Source: Vicinamibacterales bacterium (GTDB taxonomy: Bacteria; Acidobacteriota; Vicinamibacteria; Vicinamibacterales; UBA8438). Taken from it: a stretch of DNA of 64,000 nt. The notes beneath the pieces are model-generated. The model saw only the letters and a program-made list of their open reading frames with translations, had not been told where the DNA came from and did no database searches. Positions 1-9,571 of the stretch are shown here, piece after piece. The stretch is taken from contig OZ252219.1 of assembly GCA_965249105.1 (NCBI GenBank), positions 4,823,108-4,887,107 of the forward strand. The letters are read 5' to 3'. A program made the translations under genes and the position numbers. The first letter of the stretch is position 1. Each line of letters begins with the position of its first letter.

Positions 1-268
1 CCACCCGCCACTTTCGCCTGTTTCCGTCCCGGTCTCCGAACCGGTGAGCCGTCACGAGCTGGGGTCAGGAAAGATGTGTTTCTTGGGCCACTCACCGTGA
101 TCCGGATCGGACTTGCTGAACCTATAATCGCCCTGATGTCCTTAGGTTTACGAGTGGCTATGCGCGGCCCAATTCGAGCGCTCGGCTGTGATGCGACTGG
201 TAACTGCCAGTGACGCCCTGACCCGCCAACCGACCGAGAAATGATCATGCCTGTAGTCTGGAACTGTA

Positions 269-520
269 GTGACCCCTCCAATCGTCTCTAGTCTAGTCAT
301 CGGGAGGAACCCGATTATGAATCCCAACAGGAAGACGGTTAAGTGTGAGCTTTGCGGGAGCGATGCCGAATTACTGGTTGTATCAGATGGCTTCGATGAT
401 GCCCCGACGAGCTTCACGGTTACGCGAACGTGTAGCGGTCCATGCGAAAAGAGGTACTTGCCGATGACGGCGCAGGAGATGCACGAGAGAACTGGGCTCC
501 CGCTTACGGGGTGGTCCTAA
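269..520 (+). CDS. small hypothetical protein, possible Zn-binding (CxxC...CxxxC); true start may be 317
   Basis: 83-aa ORF with CELC and CSGPC; no family recognised. Confidence 0.4.
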   Translation: MTPPIVSSLVIGRNPIMNPNRKTVKCELCGSDAELLVVSDGFDDAPTSFTVTRTCSGPCEKRYLPMTAQEMHERTGLPLTGWS

Positions 521-532
521 TAGTTTTCGATC

Positions 533-847
533 GTGTCTTTAGTTCTCAAACTGAGACACTACCTGGCGTTCGCGAACATTGTTGGAGACTTCGCCGCTCG
601 GCGCGTTACCCAGGATCATCCAGACACACCCTTCCTGAATCCCGGTGGCTTTATCGTGGCAGACGGCGAGATCGACTTCACCAAGTCATCGAACGAGCAC
701 GTGTTTCGACTAGGTACGACGATCATGACCTTGCCCGTTGAGGGGCTGGCTTCGCTGGAGTACTTTCTCGGGGATTCGTATGTCGCGACAGGCCGTCAAG
801 ACACCTCTTGCAGGCTGGACTCAGCGACCAAGGATCAGCCCGTCTGA
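533..847 (+). CDS. hypothetical protein
   Basis: 104-aa ORF 12 bp downstream of the previous ORF on the same strand. Confidence 0.35.
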   Translation: MSLVLKLRHYLAFANIVGDFAARRVTQDHPDTPFLNPGGFIVADGEIDFTKSSNEHVFRLGTTIMTLPVEGLASLEYFLGDSYVATGRQDTSCRLDSATKDQPV

Positions 848-1116
848 TCGGAACGTGCTGCCAAACCTCTCATCCTTCGCCCTCCAGCGTTAGGGCGGTT
901 CGCTTCCACTCTCAGCTCGCCGTCACTGACGACGTTGTACCGGTCAAACACCGACCGGGTCTTGTGGCCGGTGAGTCGCATGGCCACTGGTTCCGAGATA
1001 CCCGTCCTGACCATGTTCCGAACCGCGGTGCGTCGTATGTCGTGAAGCAACCTGCCGGGGCATCCGGGCGGGTTCACCCCCTTGCGGTCCGCGCCACGTT
1101 TGCAATCCGTTTGCAA
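835..1116 (-). pseudogene. tyrosine integrase C-terminal fragment
   Basis: LLHDIRRT (HxxR), LTGHKTRSVFDRY (H...Y catalytic box II); N-terminal and core-binding domains absent. Confidence 0.85.
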
Positions 1117-1195
1117 TTTGCCTCTAAGTGGCCTCCGGGGCCAACCTGCCTGGCGGCTAGGCGTGCCCGTAACTACCTGCCTTTAAAAGAGAAAT

Positions 1196-1254
1196 GTGGC
1201 GGAGGGACTGGGATTCGAACCCAGGGAACGCTTTCACGTTCAACGGTTTTCAAG
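1196..1254 (-). repeat. att site: 59-bp exact copy of tRNA-Ser 3' portion (anticodon loop to CCA)
   Basis: Identical to 54037-54095; identity stops at the 5' edge of the anticodon loop. Confidence 0.95.
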
Positions 1255-1333
1255 TGCGCTGCACCTGATCCCCAAGATCGCCGTTTTCATTGGTAATTCT
1301 TCACTGTCAACGGTTTGGCGCTGCCGCGAAAAC

Positions 1334-1391
1334 TACGAGGAGTGCGTATAGATACGAGGAGTGAGGTCCTGATGGGGACAGTTTGGGGACA
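1334..1391. promoter_or_regulatory. putative integrase arm-type sites (TACGAGGAGTG x2; GGGGACA x2)
   Basis: Direct repeats at 1334/1353 and 1374/1385, 80-140 bp inside the att. Confidence 0.4.
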
Positions 1392-1581
1392 AATCGGCAC
1401 TATAATTCTGGCGGCTCGCCCCGCCATGTCCCTCAGCCCTAGCGCCCCCGGCGACTCGTTTGAAGCCGCGGTCAGAACTGGCGATGTGGCTCGAGCAGGA
1501 ACGGCTGAAAGCTCCGGTTCTCCGAGCCATCCTTGCGGCTGGCAACGCGGCTTGAACAGTTCGCTCGGATGCTTCTAAGCG

Positions 1582-3396
1582 ATGCCTCACCCACCCCCCG
1601 ACAGTTCGATCTCTCCAAACCCTGAAGCGGTCGAGCTCGAGTTCGCGTACCGGTTCTGCAAGTTCGTCCTACCGCTCGCCACCGTTGCGGTCGTGATTGG
1701 CGCGCTTACAGTCCCGTTCACCTATACCATGCCGGATCGTCTCTGGCTGTTATTGGCGTGCGGAGTACTGTTTGTTCTCTATGAAAGCCTCCGCCGGTTC
1801 GGGCTGCCGCGGATCAAATCGTTGTGGCACCTCGACGCGATGGCGGCCGGGATTCTCGTGCCCGGTGGTCTGATCAACGTAGCGGGGATGAGCTTAGCAG
1901 CCGACTCGGGTGCCACGGCGGGAACCATCGGTATCATGCTTGCCGCGGCACTCCTCTTCCATTCGACCGGGATGTTCTTGCTCGTAATGGTCGGGACATT
2001 CGTCTCGTGGTTACTCGTGGCCTCAACTTTCGGAGGCCCACCGCTCGCTCATGTCACGCACCTCGGGGTCGTCGCGCCGTCTCTCGCTCTGGCCATGCGG
2101 TGGGCAGCCAGGAACGCGTACTATGAACTCGTGGATCTGCGGACTCGGGAGCACAGATTGCTCCAGGAACTCCAGACAAACATGTCCCGTCTCCGCGACG
2201 AGGAGGCGAGTCGTGCGACGGCGGATCGCCTGCTGTATCAAGCTCAGCGTCACGAGAGCCTTGGTCTGTTGGCAGGTGGCGTCGCGCACGACTTCAACAA
2301 CTTCCTACAGGCCATCATCGCCTTTTCGGAGTCGTTGCTCGGTGGGAAGAAGCCCGTCCAGCACCGCGATACCATTGAAGAGATCAAACGCACGGCCCTG
2401 AGCGCGGCCGACGTCAGCCAGCAGATGTTGACGTACTCAGGAGAATACCAGGACGTAAGAGCACCCGCGGATGTGACGGCGCTGATAGGCGAGCTCAGGC
2501 CGCTGATCAAAGCTAGCCTTCCCAAGGCCATCACCCTGGATTTCCAGTTTGGGCCGCGCGCGACCGTGTTGATGCATAAAGGACGAGTTCGTCAGGCGGT
2601 GATGAACGTCGTCCTCAACGCAGCCGAATCGATGCCACGTGGAGGCACCATCAGAATCTCCACGGCCGAGCTTCGGCTTCCCGATCAACCATCAAGCGAG
2701 CCGGGCGAGATGTTGGTCGGGGAACTGAAACAAGCGAAGCGATACTTTTGCGTGCGCGTCAGCGACGAAGGCTCCGGGCTGAAACCGGAGGTGGCAGCAA
2801 GGATGTTTGAGCCCTATTTCACGACCAAGGCAAGCGGTCATGGATTTGGTCTAGCCGTTACGCTGGGTATCCTCCAGGGGCACGGTGGCGGCGTGCGCGT
2901 TTTGACCGATCCTCACCCAGGGACGGTGGTTGAGCTCATCCTGCCCGAGGCTGATGCCGCCATCATCCATGACGAGACTGCCACCAAAGCGGACCAGCCG
3001 GCCCAGGCCCATTCGGTCCTCGTTGTGGATGACGAACCCTTTGTGCGAAAGGGGATCGCGGCGATGCTCAGCTCGATAGGTTGCAGTGCAATCACCGCCG
3101 ACAGTGGGCGCGCTGCTCTCGACAAACTCTCGAAGCACGCCGGGGACGTGGACATCGCCATTCTCGACTACTCGATGCCGCAGATGACCGGACTGGAAGT
3201 GCTGCGCGAGATTCGCCGCTCTTACCCCAGGTTGCCCGTGGTGCTCAGTAGCGGTTTCATGATGAGTCGCGACAAGGACAGCGAGGCCCCAGACGCCTAT
3301 CTCGCCAAACCCTACACCGCGTCCAAGCTACGACAGGTCATACACGAGGTGACGGCGCGACCCCAGTCCTCCGGCACCCGAACCCCCTTCCTCTGA
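1582..3396 (+). CDS. membrane-bound hybrid sensor histidine kinase/response regulator
   Basis: Multi-TM N-terminus, H-box GGVAHDFNN, HATPase (LNAAES, DEGSG, FEPYFTTK, GHGFGL), C-terminal REC (VVDDE, LDYSMP, AKP). Confidence 0.95.
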   Translation: MPHPPPDSSISPNPEAVELEFAYRFCKFVLPLATVAVVIGALTVPFTYTMPDRLWLLLACGVLFVLYESLRRFGLPRIKSLWHLDAMAAGILVPGGLINVAGMSLAADSGATAGTIGIMLAAALLFHSTGMFLLVMVGTFVSWLLVASTFGGPPLAHVTHLGVVAPSLALAMRWAARNAYYELVDLRTREHRLLQELQTNMSRLRDEEASRATADRLLYQAQRHESLGLLAGGVAHDFNNFLQAIIAFSESLLGGKKPVQHRDTIEEIKRTALSAADVSQQMLTYSGEYQDVRAPADVTALIGELRPLIKASLPKAITLDFQFGPRATVLMHKGRVRQAVMNVVLNAAESMPRGGTIRISTAELRLPDQPSSEPGEMLVGELKQAKRYFCVRVSDEGSGLKPEVAARMFEPYFTTKASGHGFGLAVTLGILQGHGGGVRVLTDPHPGTVVELILPEADAAIIHDETATKADQPAQAHSVLVVDDEPFVRKGIAAMLSSIGCSAITADSGRAALDKLSKHAGDVDIAILDYSMPQMTGLEVLREIRRSYPRLPVVLSSGFMMSRDKDSEAPDAYLAKPYTASKLRQVIHEVTARPQSSGTRTPFL

Positions 3397-3501
3397 ATCA
3401 GGGTGCCGCGACTCCCGCGTCGGCCCAGCCGTAGCTCAACTCCTTCGGCCCGGCCCGCCCAGCCGTAGCGCGCCCTGTGTTGAGCTTCGGCGCGCGAAGG
3501 C

Positions 3502-3740
3502 TGGCGGTGGGGGCAGTCTCGAGCGAACCCGTCTCGCACGTCGATAAGCGAATAAAAGACGAATATTGGATGGGTCCCTACTATGTCCCGCTTCAAACTC
3601 CTTGACCGGCTCAGGGGGAGTGTCTTGGCGGGTAGCGTCGGTACCTCCGCATCGGAGGATAAGTTGTTGTCCTCGCGCGAGTCGCATCCCGGGGTCATCC
3701 CGGATTAAAACTTGGGTCATGCCTAGCCGGCCGTCACCGG
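3502..3740. repeat. R-end copy A (core TGGCGG + about 210-bp R arm + 29-bp extension), no L arm
   Basis: Near-identical to 38716-38964; left flank differs from all L arms. Confidence 0.95.
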
Positions 3741-3752
3741 CGAGCAACCGGA

Positions 3753-3989
3753 ATGACAAGGGGATTTTTGTTTCTGACGGGAATTACCACAACACTGCTG
3801 CTCATATTCTTTATTGGCTATGAGTGGTCCGGCGGCCGCCTGGCGTTCTTTGGCCTTGAAGGTGATCAGGATCTTGAAGGTCCCATAGAGGCTCTCCTCT
3901 ATTGGATAACCTTGTTTTTTTGGATCGGAGTAATAGGAAGCCTGGTTTTGATTGGGAGAATGGGCGGTCGCAATTCCTCACAGTCTTGA
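3753..3989 (+). CDS. small two-TM membrane protein
   Basis: 78 aa with two hydrophobic segments; lower GC than flanks. Confidence 0.5.
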   Translation: MTRGFLFLTGITTTLLLIFFIGYEWSGGRLAFFGLEGDQDLEGPIEALLYWITLFFWIGVIGSLVLIGRMGGRNSSQS

Positions 3990-4018
3990 AAAGACTGAAG
4001 TTTCGATTTATTTCAAGG

Positions 4019-4459
4019 CTACTGCTCGAAGCTCACCACGATCTGCTGCAGTGCTGCCGAGCTGGTTGGGAGCTCGCTCTCCCCGGCGGGGACTGCGTTC
4101 GCCCACAGGATAAAGCTGAGAACGTCGACGTACTCCTGCCGGCTGAGGCTACCCGGTTCCTTGAGCGGCATGAGCTCCTCGACCTGGGAGAGCATAGTCT
4201 CGACGCTGACGCCCTGCCAGCGAGTGGTGAACTCCAGCCCGCGGAGTGGCGGGCCTCCGTCGATCGTGTTGCCAAGCAGGTCGTCGCGATGGCAGGCGCT
4301 GCACTGCTGCCGGTAGATCAGCTCGCCGCGACGGGCCTGGTCGAGAGCATAGATCCCCTCACGGGTAGTCGTCGCCTCCTGTGACCCGGAACTCGCCGAC
4401 CCGACCGCCGTGATGGCGGCGAGGCACGTGACAACGGACAAACGGCGCGGCATGGTCAC
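4019..4459 (-). CDS. periplasmic monoheme cytochrome c
   Basis: Signal peptide, CSACH, distal Met in MP motif. Confidence 0.85.
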   Translation of the reverse strand: MTMPRRLSVVTCLAAITAVGSASSGSQEATTTREGIYALDQARRGELIYRQQCSACHRDDLLGNTIDGGPPLRGLEFTTRWQGVSVETMLSQVEELMPLKEPGSLSRQEYVDVLSFILWANAVPAGESELPTSSAALQQIVVSFEQ

Positions 4460-4605
4460 GTGCGATCATAGCCCGCAGTGAGCTCGAAGCGCCGCGACGA
4501 TACGCGCCCTTGGCGGGTATGGCCGTCGGGGTTAAGATCGGGCTCCTGTCAGTGTGAGAAGCCTGCGAGGTCGGCCTTCGTGCGCAGGTGAAGAAAGGAC
4601 AGACG

Positions 4606-6690
4606 ATGACCAGAGCATACGTATCCGGGGCGGTAGCCGCAGCTGCCTTCGCCCTGCTCGTCTCCGGGTCAACCGCCTGCGCCCCCGTTGGAGATGGACC
4701 CGGTGACGAGACCGTCCAGCTCGATGATGACGACGTCGGCGGCGGCGTCACTGGTGACCAGGGACCGGAGGCTGGCGTCTGGGTCATCGCGGAGACCCGA
4801 GACCTGCCGACGAAGTACATCAAGACCGTCGTGACTGACGATCATGGGCGCTACCTCCTCCCAGACCTACCCGATGCGGGCTACGACATCTGGGTCCGTG
4901 GCTACGGCCTCGTTGATTCACCCAAAGTCCGAGCCAGGCCCGGTCAGCACCTCGACCTCACCGCGGTAGCGGCACCAGACCCGGCGGCAGCGGCTGAGTA
5001 CTACCCAGCCAATTATTGGTACGCGCTGCTGGAGCCTCCGCCGAAGATCGACTTCCCAGGAACGGGACCCAACGGAAACGGAATCCCCGAAGCGCAGCTG
5101 ACCCAGGGGGCCTGGCTCGGCAACATCAAGATGACAAACGCGTGCACCCAATGCCATCAGATGGGGACCAAGGCTACCCGTGAGATTCCGCCGGAAATTG
5201 GCCGCGAGTTCGACAACTCGTACGACGCGTGGGAGCACCGCACGAAAGTCGGTGCCAGTGGCCCCTATATGGCGAGCAGGCTCGCTCCGCTCGGCCGCCC
5301 GCGAGCACTCGAGGTTTTCGCCGATTGGAGCGATCGGATCGCCGCAGGCGAATTACCACCGGATGTGCCACCGCGGCCACAGGGTGTGGAGCGAAATCTG
5401 GTGGTGACGCAATGGGAGTTCGGTACGGACAGGACCTTCGTCCATGATGTCGTCTCGACGAACCGTCAAGATCCCACGATAAACGCGTACGGACCGATCG
5501 TAGGGGTTGCCGAACTGAGCGGGAATTTCATCGAGCTCCTCGACCCGGTGGACCACGTCGACCGGCGGATCGAGATACCGCCACACGACCCGAGCTTGCC
5601 GGTAATCTGGGGACAGAACATCCTTGAGCCATCGCCATATTGGGGCGAGGAAAAGATCTGGGCACCAACGCTCGCACCCCACAACCCCATGTTCGACAGT
5701 GCAGGTCGAGTCTGGATCACGGCGCGCGGCGGATGCCGCGTGTTCGATCCGCGTACTGATGAGGTGACTCACGTGCCTGGGTGCCAGGCTGGGCACCACT
5801 TGCAGATCGACGACAACGATGTCCTATGGGCCGACTCGGGAGGCGGCACCACCTACTTCGACATCCCACAGTGGGACGCGACAGGTGACGATGAGGCTTC
5901 GGGCGGTCTGATCACCTTCGTGCTAGACACGAACGGCAACGGTGTCAGGGACGAGCCGCCCGTGGCGTGGGGCGAACCACTTGACCCTGCCAGAGACACG
6001 GCCCTACAACCGGGCGGCTACGACGTCATACCGAATCCGGTCGATGGATCTGTCTGGATTTCCAGGCACACCATTCCCGGCCAGCTCGTGCGGGTTGACC
6101 CCGAAACACGGCTCTCGGAAGTCTACGAACCACCCTACATGAACGAGCACTCGCCGGTCGATGCCTACCTGCCGCATGGAATCGACGTCGATCGTCAGAC
6201 GGGCGTGATCTGGACGGGGTTGAACAGCGGTCACTTCGCGGAGTTCGACAGGGCGAAATGCGCGGCGTCGCTCAACGGGCCCGAAGCGACCGGCCAGCAC
6301 TGCCCTGAGGGATGGACCCTGCACGAGGTGCCCGGACCGCAGTTCAAGGGTGTGACCGATTCGGGCGGTGCGGACTCGCACTACCTGAATTGGATGGATT
6401 GGCACAACACGTCAGGGTTCGGTGACAACACGCCGATCCTAACCGGCACCGGATCCGACTCCCTGCTCGCACTCGACGATGGAGAGTGGGTGACCATGCG
6501 TGTGCCCTACCCGATGGGCTTCCATCCTCGGGGCCTCGATGGCCGAATCGACGATCCCGACGCGGGCTGGAAGGGGCGAGGGCTATGGTCCACGCATGCC
6601 GAGCAGTCCACCTGGCACCAGGAAGGTGGAAAGGGCGAGCGGCCAAAGATCGTACAGTTCCAGCTTCGCCCGGACCCGCTCGCCAAGTAG
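4606..6690 (+). CDS. secreted/lipoprotein with carboxypeptidase-regulatory-like domain, heme-c motif and probable beta-propeller
   Basis: GAAAGGA RBS before ATG 4606; VVTDDHGRYLLPDLP; CTQCH. Confidence 0.8.
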   Translation: MTRAYVSGAVAAAAFALLVSGSTACAPVGDGPGDETVQLDDDDVGGGVTGDQGPEAGVWVIAETRDLPTKYIKTVVTDDHGRYLLPDLPDAGYDIWVRGYGLVDSPKVRARPGQHLDLTAVAAPDPAAAAEYYPANYWYALLEPPPKIDFPGTGPNGNGIPEAQLTQGAWLGNIKMTNACTQCHQMGTKATREIPPEIGREFDNSYDAWEHRTKVGASGPYMASRLAPLGRPRALEVFADWSDRIAAGELPPDVPPRPQGVERNLVVTQWEFGTDRTFVHDVVSTNRQDPTINAYGPIVGVAELSGNFIELLDPVDHVDRRIEIPPHDPSLPVIWGQNILEPSPYWGEEKIWAPTLAPHNPMFDSAGRVWITARGGCRVFDPRTDEVTHVPGCQAGHHLQIDDNDVLWADSGGGTTYFDIPQWDATGDDEASGGLITFVLDTNGNGVRDEPPVAWGEPLDPARDTALQPGGYDVIPNPVDGSVWISRHTIPGQLVRVDPETRLSEVYEPPYMNEHSPVDAYLPHGIDVDRQTGVIWTGLNSGHFAEFDRAKCAASLNGPEATGQHCPEGWTLHEVPGPQFKGVTDSGGADSHYLNWMDWHNTSGFGDNTPILTGTGSDSLLALDDGEWVTMRVPYPMGFHPRGLDGRIDDPDAGWKGRGLWSTHAEQSTWHQEGGKGERPKIVQFQLRPDPLAK

Positions 6691-7215
6691 CTCGAAACTC
6701 GACCGGGGCGTCAATCGAACGGAACCTTGGCCGGGATGATCGAGCTGTGCTCCCGGCGTGTCCGCGGTTGCCACCTCCGAGTTCAGAGTGATGCTGCTCA
6801 GCGCGTCCGCGTCCGGTGGTAGTTCCGCCGGGCCGGAAGGAAACCCACCTCCCCTTAGCACGTACGCGATGATGTCGACATACTCTTGGTCGGTCATGCT
6901 GCCCGGGTCGTTGTGCGGCATCGTGACCGTGATCAACTCGAAGAGCTCGCCCACCGACCGGCCTTCCCACCGTTGATTGAACTCGTTGCCGAAGAGCTCT
7001 GGCGCCAAGCCGCCGCCGTGACACGCGTTGCAGCGCTCGTCGAAGAGCGGCGCGGCGCGGTCCGCTTGTGCTTCCGTAAAGATTCCGTCCCTCTGAGATC
7101 GAGACGGCTGCGCCGCCAAATCGAAACGGTCACTTATCGGGCTCGACAGGCTGAGTGCCGCTATCCCGACGACGAGTGCCGCGGTTCGCAAGTCCTCACC
7201 CTTCGTGCGACTCAC
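6583..7215 (-). CDS. periplasmic monoheme cytochrome c (paralog of 4019-4459), extended C-tail
   Basis: CNACH, TMP; shares GI(F/Y)xxxQAxR and ELP motifs with the 4019 ORF. Confidence 0.8.
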   Translation of the reverse strand: MSRTKGEDLRTAALVVGIAALSLSSPISDRFDLAAQPSRSQRDGIFTEAQADRAAPLFDERCNACHGGGLAPELFGNEFNQRWEGRSVGELFELITVTMPHNDPGSMTDQEYVDIIAYVLRGGGFPSGPAELPPDADALSSITLNSEVATADTPGAQLDHPGQGSVRLTPRSSFELLGERVRAKLELYDLWPLALSTFLVPGGLLGMRGP

Positions 7216-7223
7216 CGGCGACC

Positions 7224-8201
7224 CTACTCGAATATCAGCCCGAGCGTGTCGGTGAAGTCGAGGTACGCGAACCCACCCATCTCACCGTTCGGTCCGCCGT
7301 TCGTCCACCTTGCGCCCTTCTCCTGCCCGATGCGCAACCAGGTCTCGCGGTCGATCTCACCGCGGCCGACGGAAATGTGCTGAATCGCATTCCCCTTCTG
7401 CTTGTCGAGTGTGTCGGTCCAGGGATTGGGCCCTCCCACTGGCTCGATCAGCTCGAGCCCGATATTCTGCAGACGGAGCGTGGCCGCTCTGACCTTCGAG
7501 TTCACGTCCCAGAGGCCGGGCGGAAAGGGAAACGGCACGATCTGCGGCGGAAAGAGGATGGGCTCGACCGGGGCAAGACCGAGGATGTCGGTGAACCCGT
7601 CGATAGCGGCCTCAACGTCTCGGACGGCAAGCCCGACGTGCCTGACCGGGAGGCCACCAAAGAGACCGGTTTGACGAGCCATCGTGGCCTGAGGATCGGG
7701 CCTACGGTCGTATGGCTGGAGCTCGATCGTCAGCCCGAGTCGCTCCCTGAAGTCGACGTAGGCGAACAGCCCGTCCTGACCCGCGGAAAGGGTGCCCCCC
7801 TTCGCGATCATCGCATCGCGAACCTCTTCCAGGTCGGCGTCGACGGCGAAGCCGATCTGATGCGCGCTGGTCCCGAACTCCTCGAGGTGCTGACGGATTG
7901 GCCCCGATGTGCCCACCGGCTCGAGCACTTCGATGTGAAAGCCCGGCATACCGACCTCCGAGCGCTTCGCCGGCTCGCGCGATCCGTCCGGCAGCGGGAT
8001 CTGCACTAGGGTCACTTCCGGCACTGGGATGCCGAACGCGTCGGCATAACTACGGAGTGCGGCATCGATGTCGGGCACCACGACCCCGACGTGAGTGGCC
8101 GCCGGCAGGGCCCGAGGACTCTGCACGCTGACGACCGGGGTGAGGGCCCAGAAACCGAGGACCAGGGCCAGACTGCTGGCTAGTACGGCAACGCGTCGCA
8201 T
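7224..8201 (-). CDS. secreted tandem VOC (glyoxalase/methylmalonyl-CoA epimerase-like) protein
   Basis: Signal peptide; two repeats of HVGxxVxD...ELIEP...HI. Confidence 0.8.
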   Translation of the reverse strand: MRRVAVLASSLALVLGFWALTPVVSVQSPRALPAATHVGVVVPDIDAALRSYADAFGIPVPEVTLVQIPLPDGSREPAKRSEVGMPGFHIEVLEPVGTSGPIRQHLEEFGTSAHQIGFAVDADLEEVRDAMIAKGGTLSAGQDGLFAYVDFRERLGLTIELQPYDRRPDPQATMARQTGLFGGLPVRHVGLAVRDVEAAIDGFTDILGLAPVEPILFPPQIVPFPFPPGLWDVNSKVRAATLRLQNIGLELIEPVGGPNPWTDTLDKQKGNAIQHISVGRGEIDRETWLRIGQEKGARWTNGGPNGEMGGFAYLDFTDTLGLIFE

Positions 8202-8216
8202 CGTCCCCTCACCACA

Positions 8217-9551
8217 CTAGATGTCGGTCAGCATCCCGTCAGCATCGCCGATTCTCTCGACCTCCACTCCGGCCTTGTCCAGCAGAGCCATATGCAGATT
8301 CATGATCGGCAGCTTCGCCGACGCAGGGTAGTCGATGTACTGATCGCCTTGAACCGTGCCGCCCAGTCCACCGATGACGAGGGTCGGGAGATCAAGCGGA
8401 CTATGAAGATCACCATCGCTCTGGCCTGCGCCGTACACGATGGCCGAGTGATCGAGCAGCGAACCGTCGCCGTCTGGGGTGCTGTGCATCTTGGTGAGAA
8501 ACCGCATCAGTAGCTCGATGTGGTACGTGTTGATCTTGGTCAGCTGCTTGTGCTTGTGCGGGTTGTTCTGGTGATGCGAAATCTCGTGATGCCCCTCGGG
8601 AACGCCGATGTTCACATACGTCGTGTTGCCCTGTTCGCGCGCGACCGCATACGTGACGACCCGGCTGAGGTCGGCTTGGTACGCGAGGAAGATCAGATCG
8701 AAAAGGAGAGTGACGTGGTCCTCCCACTCCTCAGGAATACCCACGGGCCGTTCTATCAGATCAAAGGCGGAGGATGCGCTCTGCGTCTCGGCCTTCTGAA
8801 TTCGCCGCTCGACGTCGCGCACGGCGTCGAGATACTCGTCCAGCCTTTGCCGATCGGCGGCGGCGATGTCGAGGCCCAAGCGTGTGAGATCAGATGCCAC
8901 CGCGTCCAGGACGCTCTTGTCTGCACGAATTCGCGCCAGCCGATCGGCAGGATCGCTCTCCTCCCCGAATAGCCGCTCGAAGATGATGCGCGGGTTTCTC
9001 TCCATCGGGTTCGGAACCGTCGCCGATTTCCACGACAGGGTGTTGACATAGAGACAGCTGTAGCCGTTGTCGCACGAGCCGACTGCGTCGGATGGCTCGG
9101 TGCATAACTCCAGCGATTCGAACAACGTGTCCCGTCCCAAGACCCGAGCGGCGTACTGGTCGGCCGTGGTCGACAGAATCGGGTCACCGAGCTGCGCCGC
9201 TGCACCTGAGAGCCAGGCGGCTTGGTTGCGGGTGTGGGGACCGCCACCGTCCCCAAGCCCAGCCTGGTAGTTGTTCAAGCCGCCCAGAATCGTCAACCTG
9301 TGGCGCACCGGTTCCATCGCTTCGAGGATAGGTGGCAAGACGAAGCCGCGACCGGGCACGTCCGGTTTCCACAGCGGCATGTGTATGCCGTTGGGAACGT
9401 AGATGTAGCCCAGACGAGGCACGGGATTCGCCGCCGTTCGGCTGGTCGCCGTCAGGGCTGGCACCATGGCGTCTAAAAGAGGAAGGGCCAGTGTGGCACC
9501 GGCACCGCGCAGGAACGTCCGCCGCGGTATGGCTCTCTTGGTGACGATCAT
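8217..9551 (-). CDS. DUF1552 family protein (Tat-like RRxFL leader)
   Basis: RRTFLRGAG...LPLLDAM; SLELCTE, GSCDNGYSC. Confidence 0.9.
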   Translation of the reverse strand: MIVTKRAIPRRTFLRGAGATLALPLLDAMVPALTATSRTAANPVPRLGYIYVPNGIHMPLWKPDVPGRGFVLPPILEAMEPVRHRLTILGGLNNYQAGLGDGGGPHTRNQAAWLSGAAAQLGDPILSTTADQYAARVLGRDTLFESLELCTEPSDAVGSCDNGYSCLYVNTLSWKSATVPNPMERNPRIIFERLFGEESDPADRLARIRADKSVLDAVASDLTRLGLDIAAADRQRLDEYLDAVRDVERRIQKAETQSASSAFDLIERPVGIPEEWEDHVTLLFDLIFLAYQADLSRVVTYAVAREQGNTTYVNIGVPEGHHEISHHQNNPHKHKQLTKINTYHIELLMRFLTKMHSTPDGDGSLLDHSAIVYGAGQSDGDLHSPLDLPTLVIGGLGGTVQGDQYIDYPASAKLPIMNLHMALLDKAGVEVERIGDADGMLTDI

Positions 9552-9571
9552 GGCTCGCTCCTTTCGGGACC

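Noticed and set aside
1196-1254. Second functional tRNA-Ser gene
   Set aside because: Lacks the 5' acceptor strand, D arm and half of the anticodon stem; it is an att remnant
808-1296. 162-aa ORF spanning the integrase stub and att
   Set aside because: Antisense to the integrase and runs through tRNA-derived sequence
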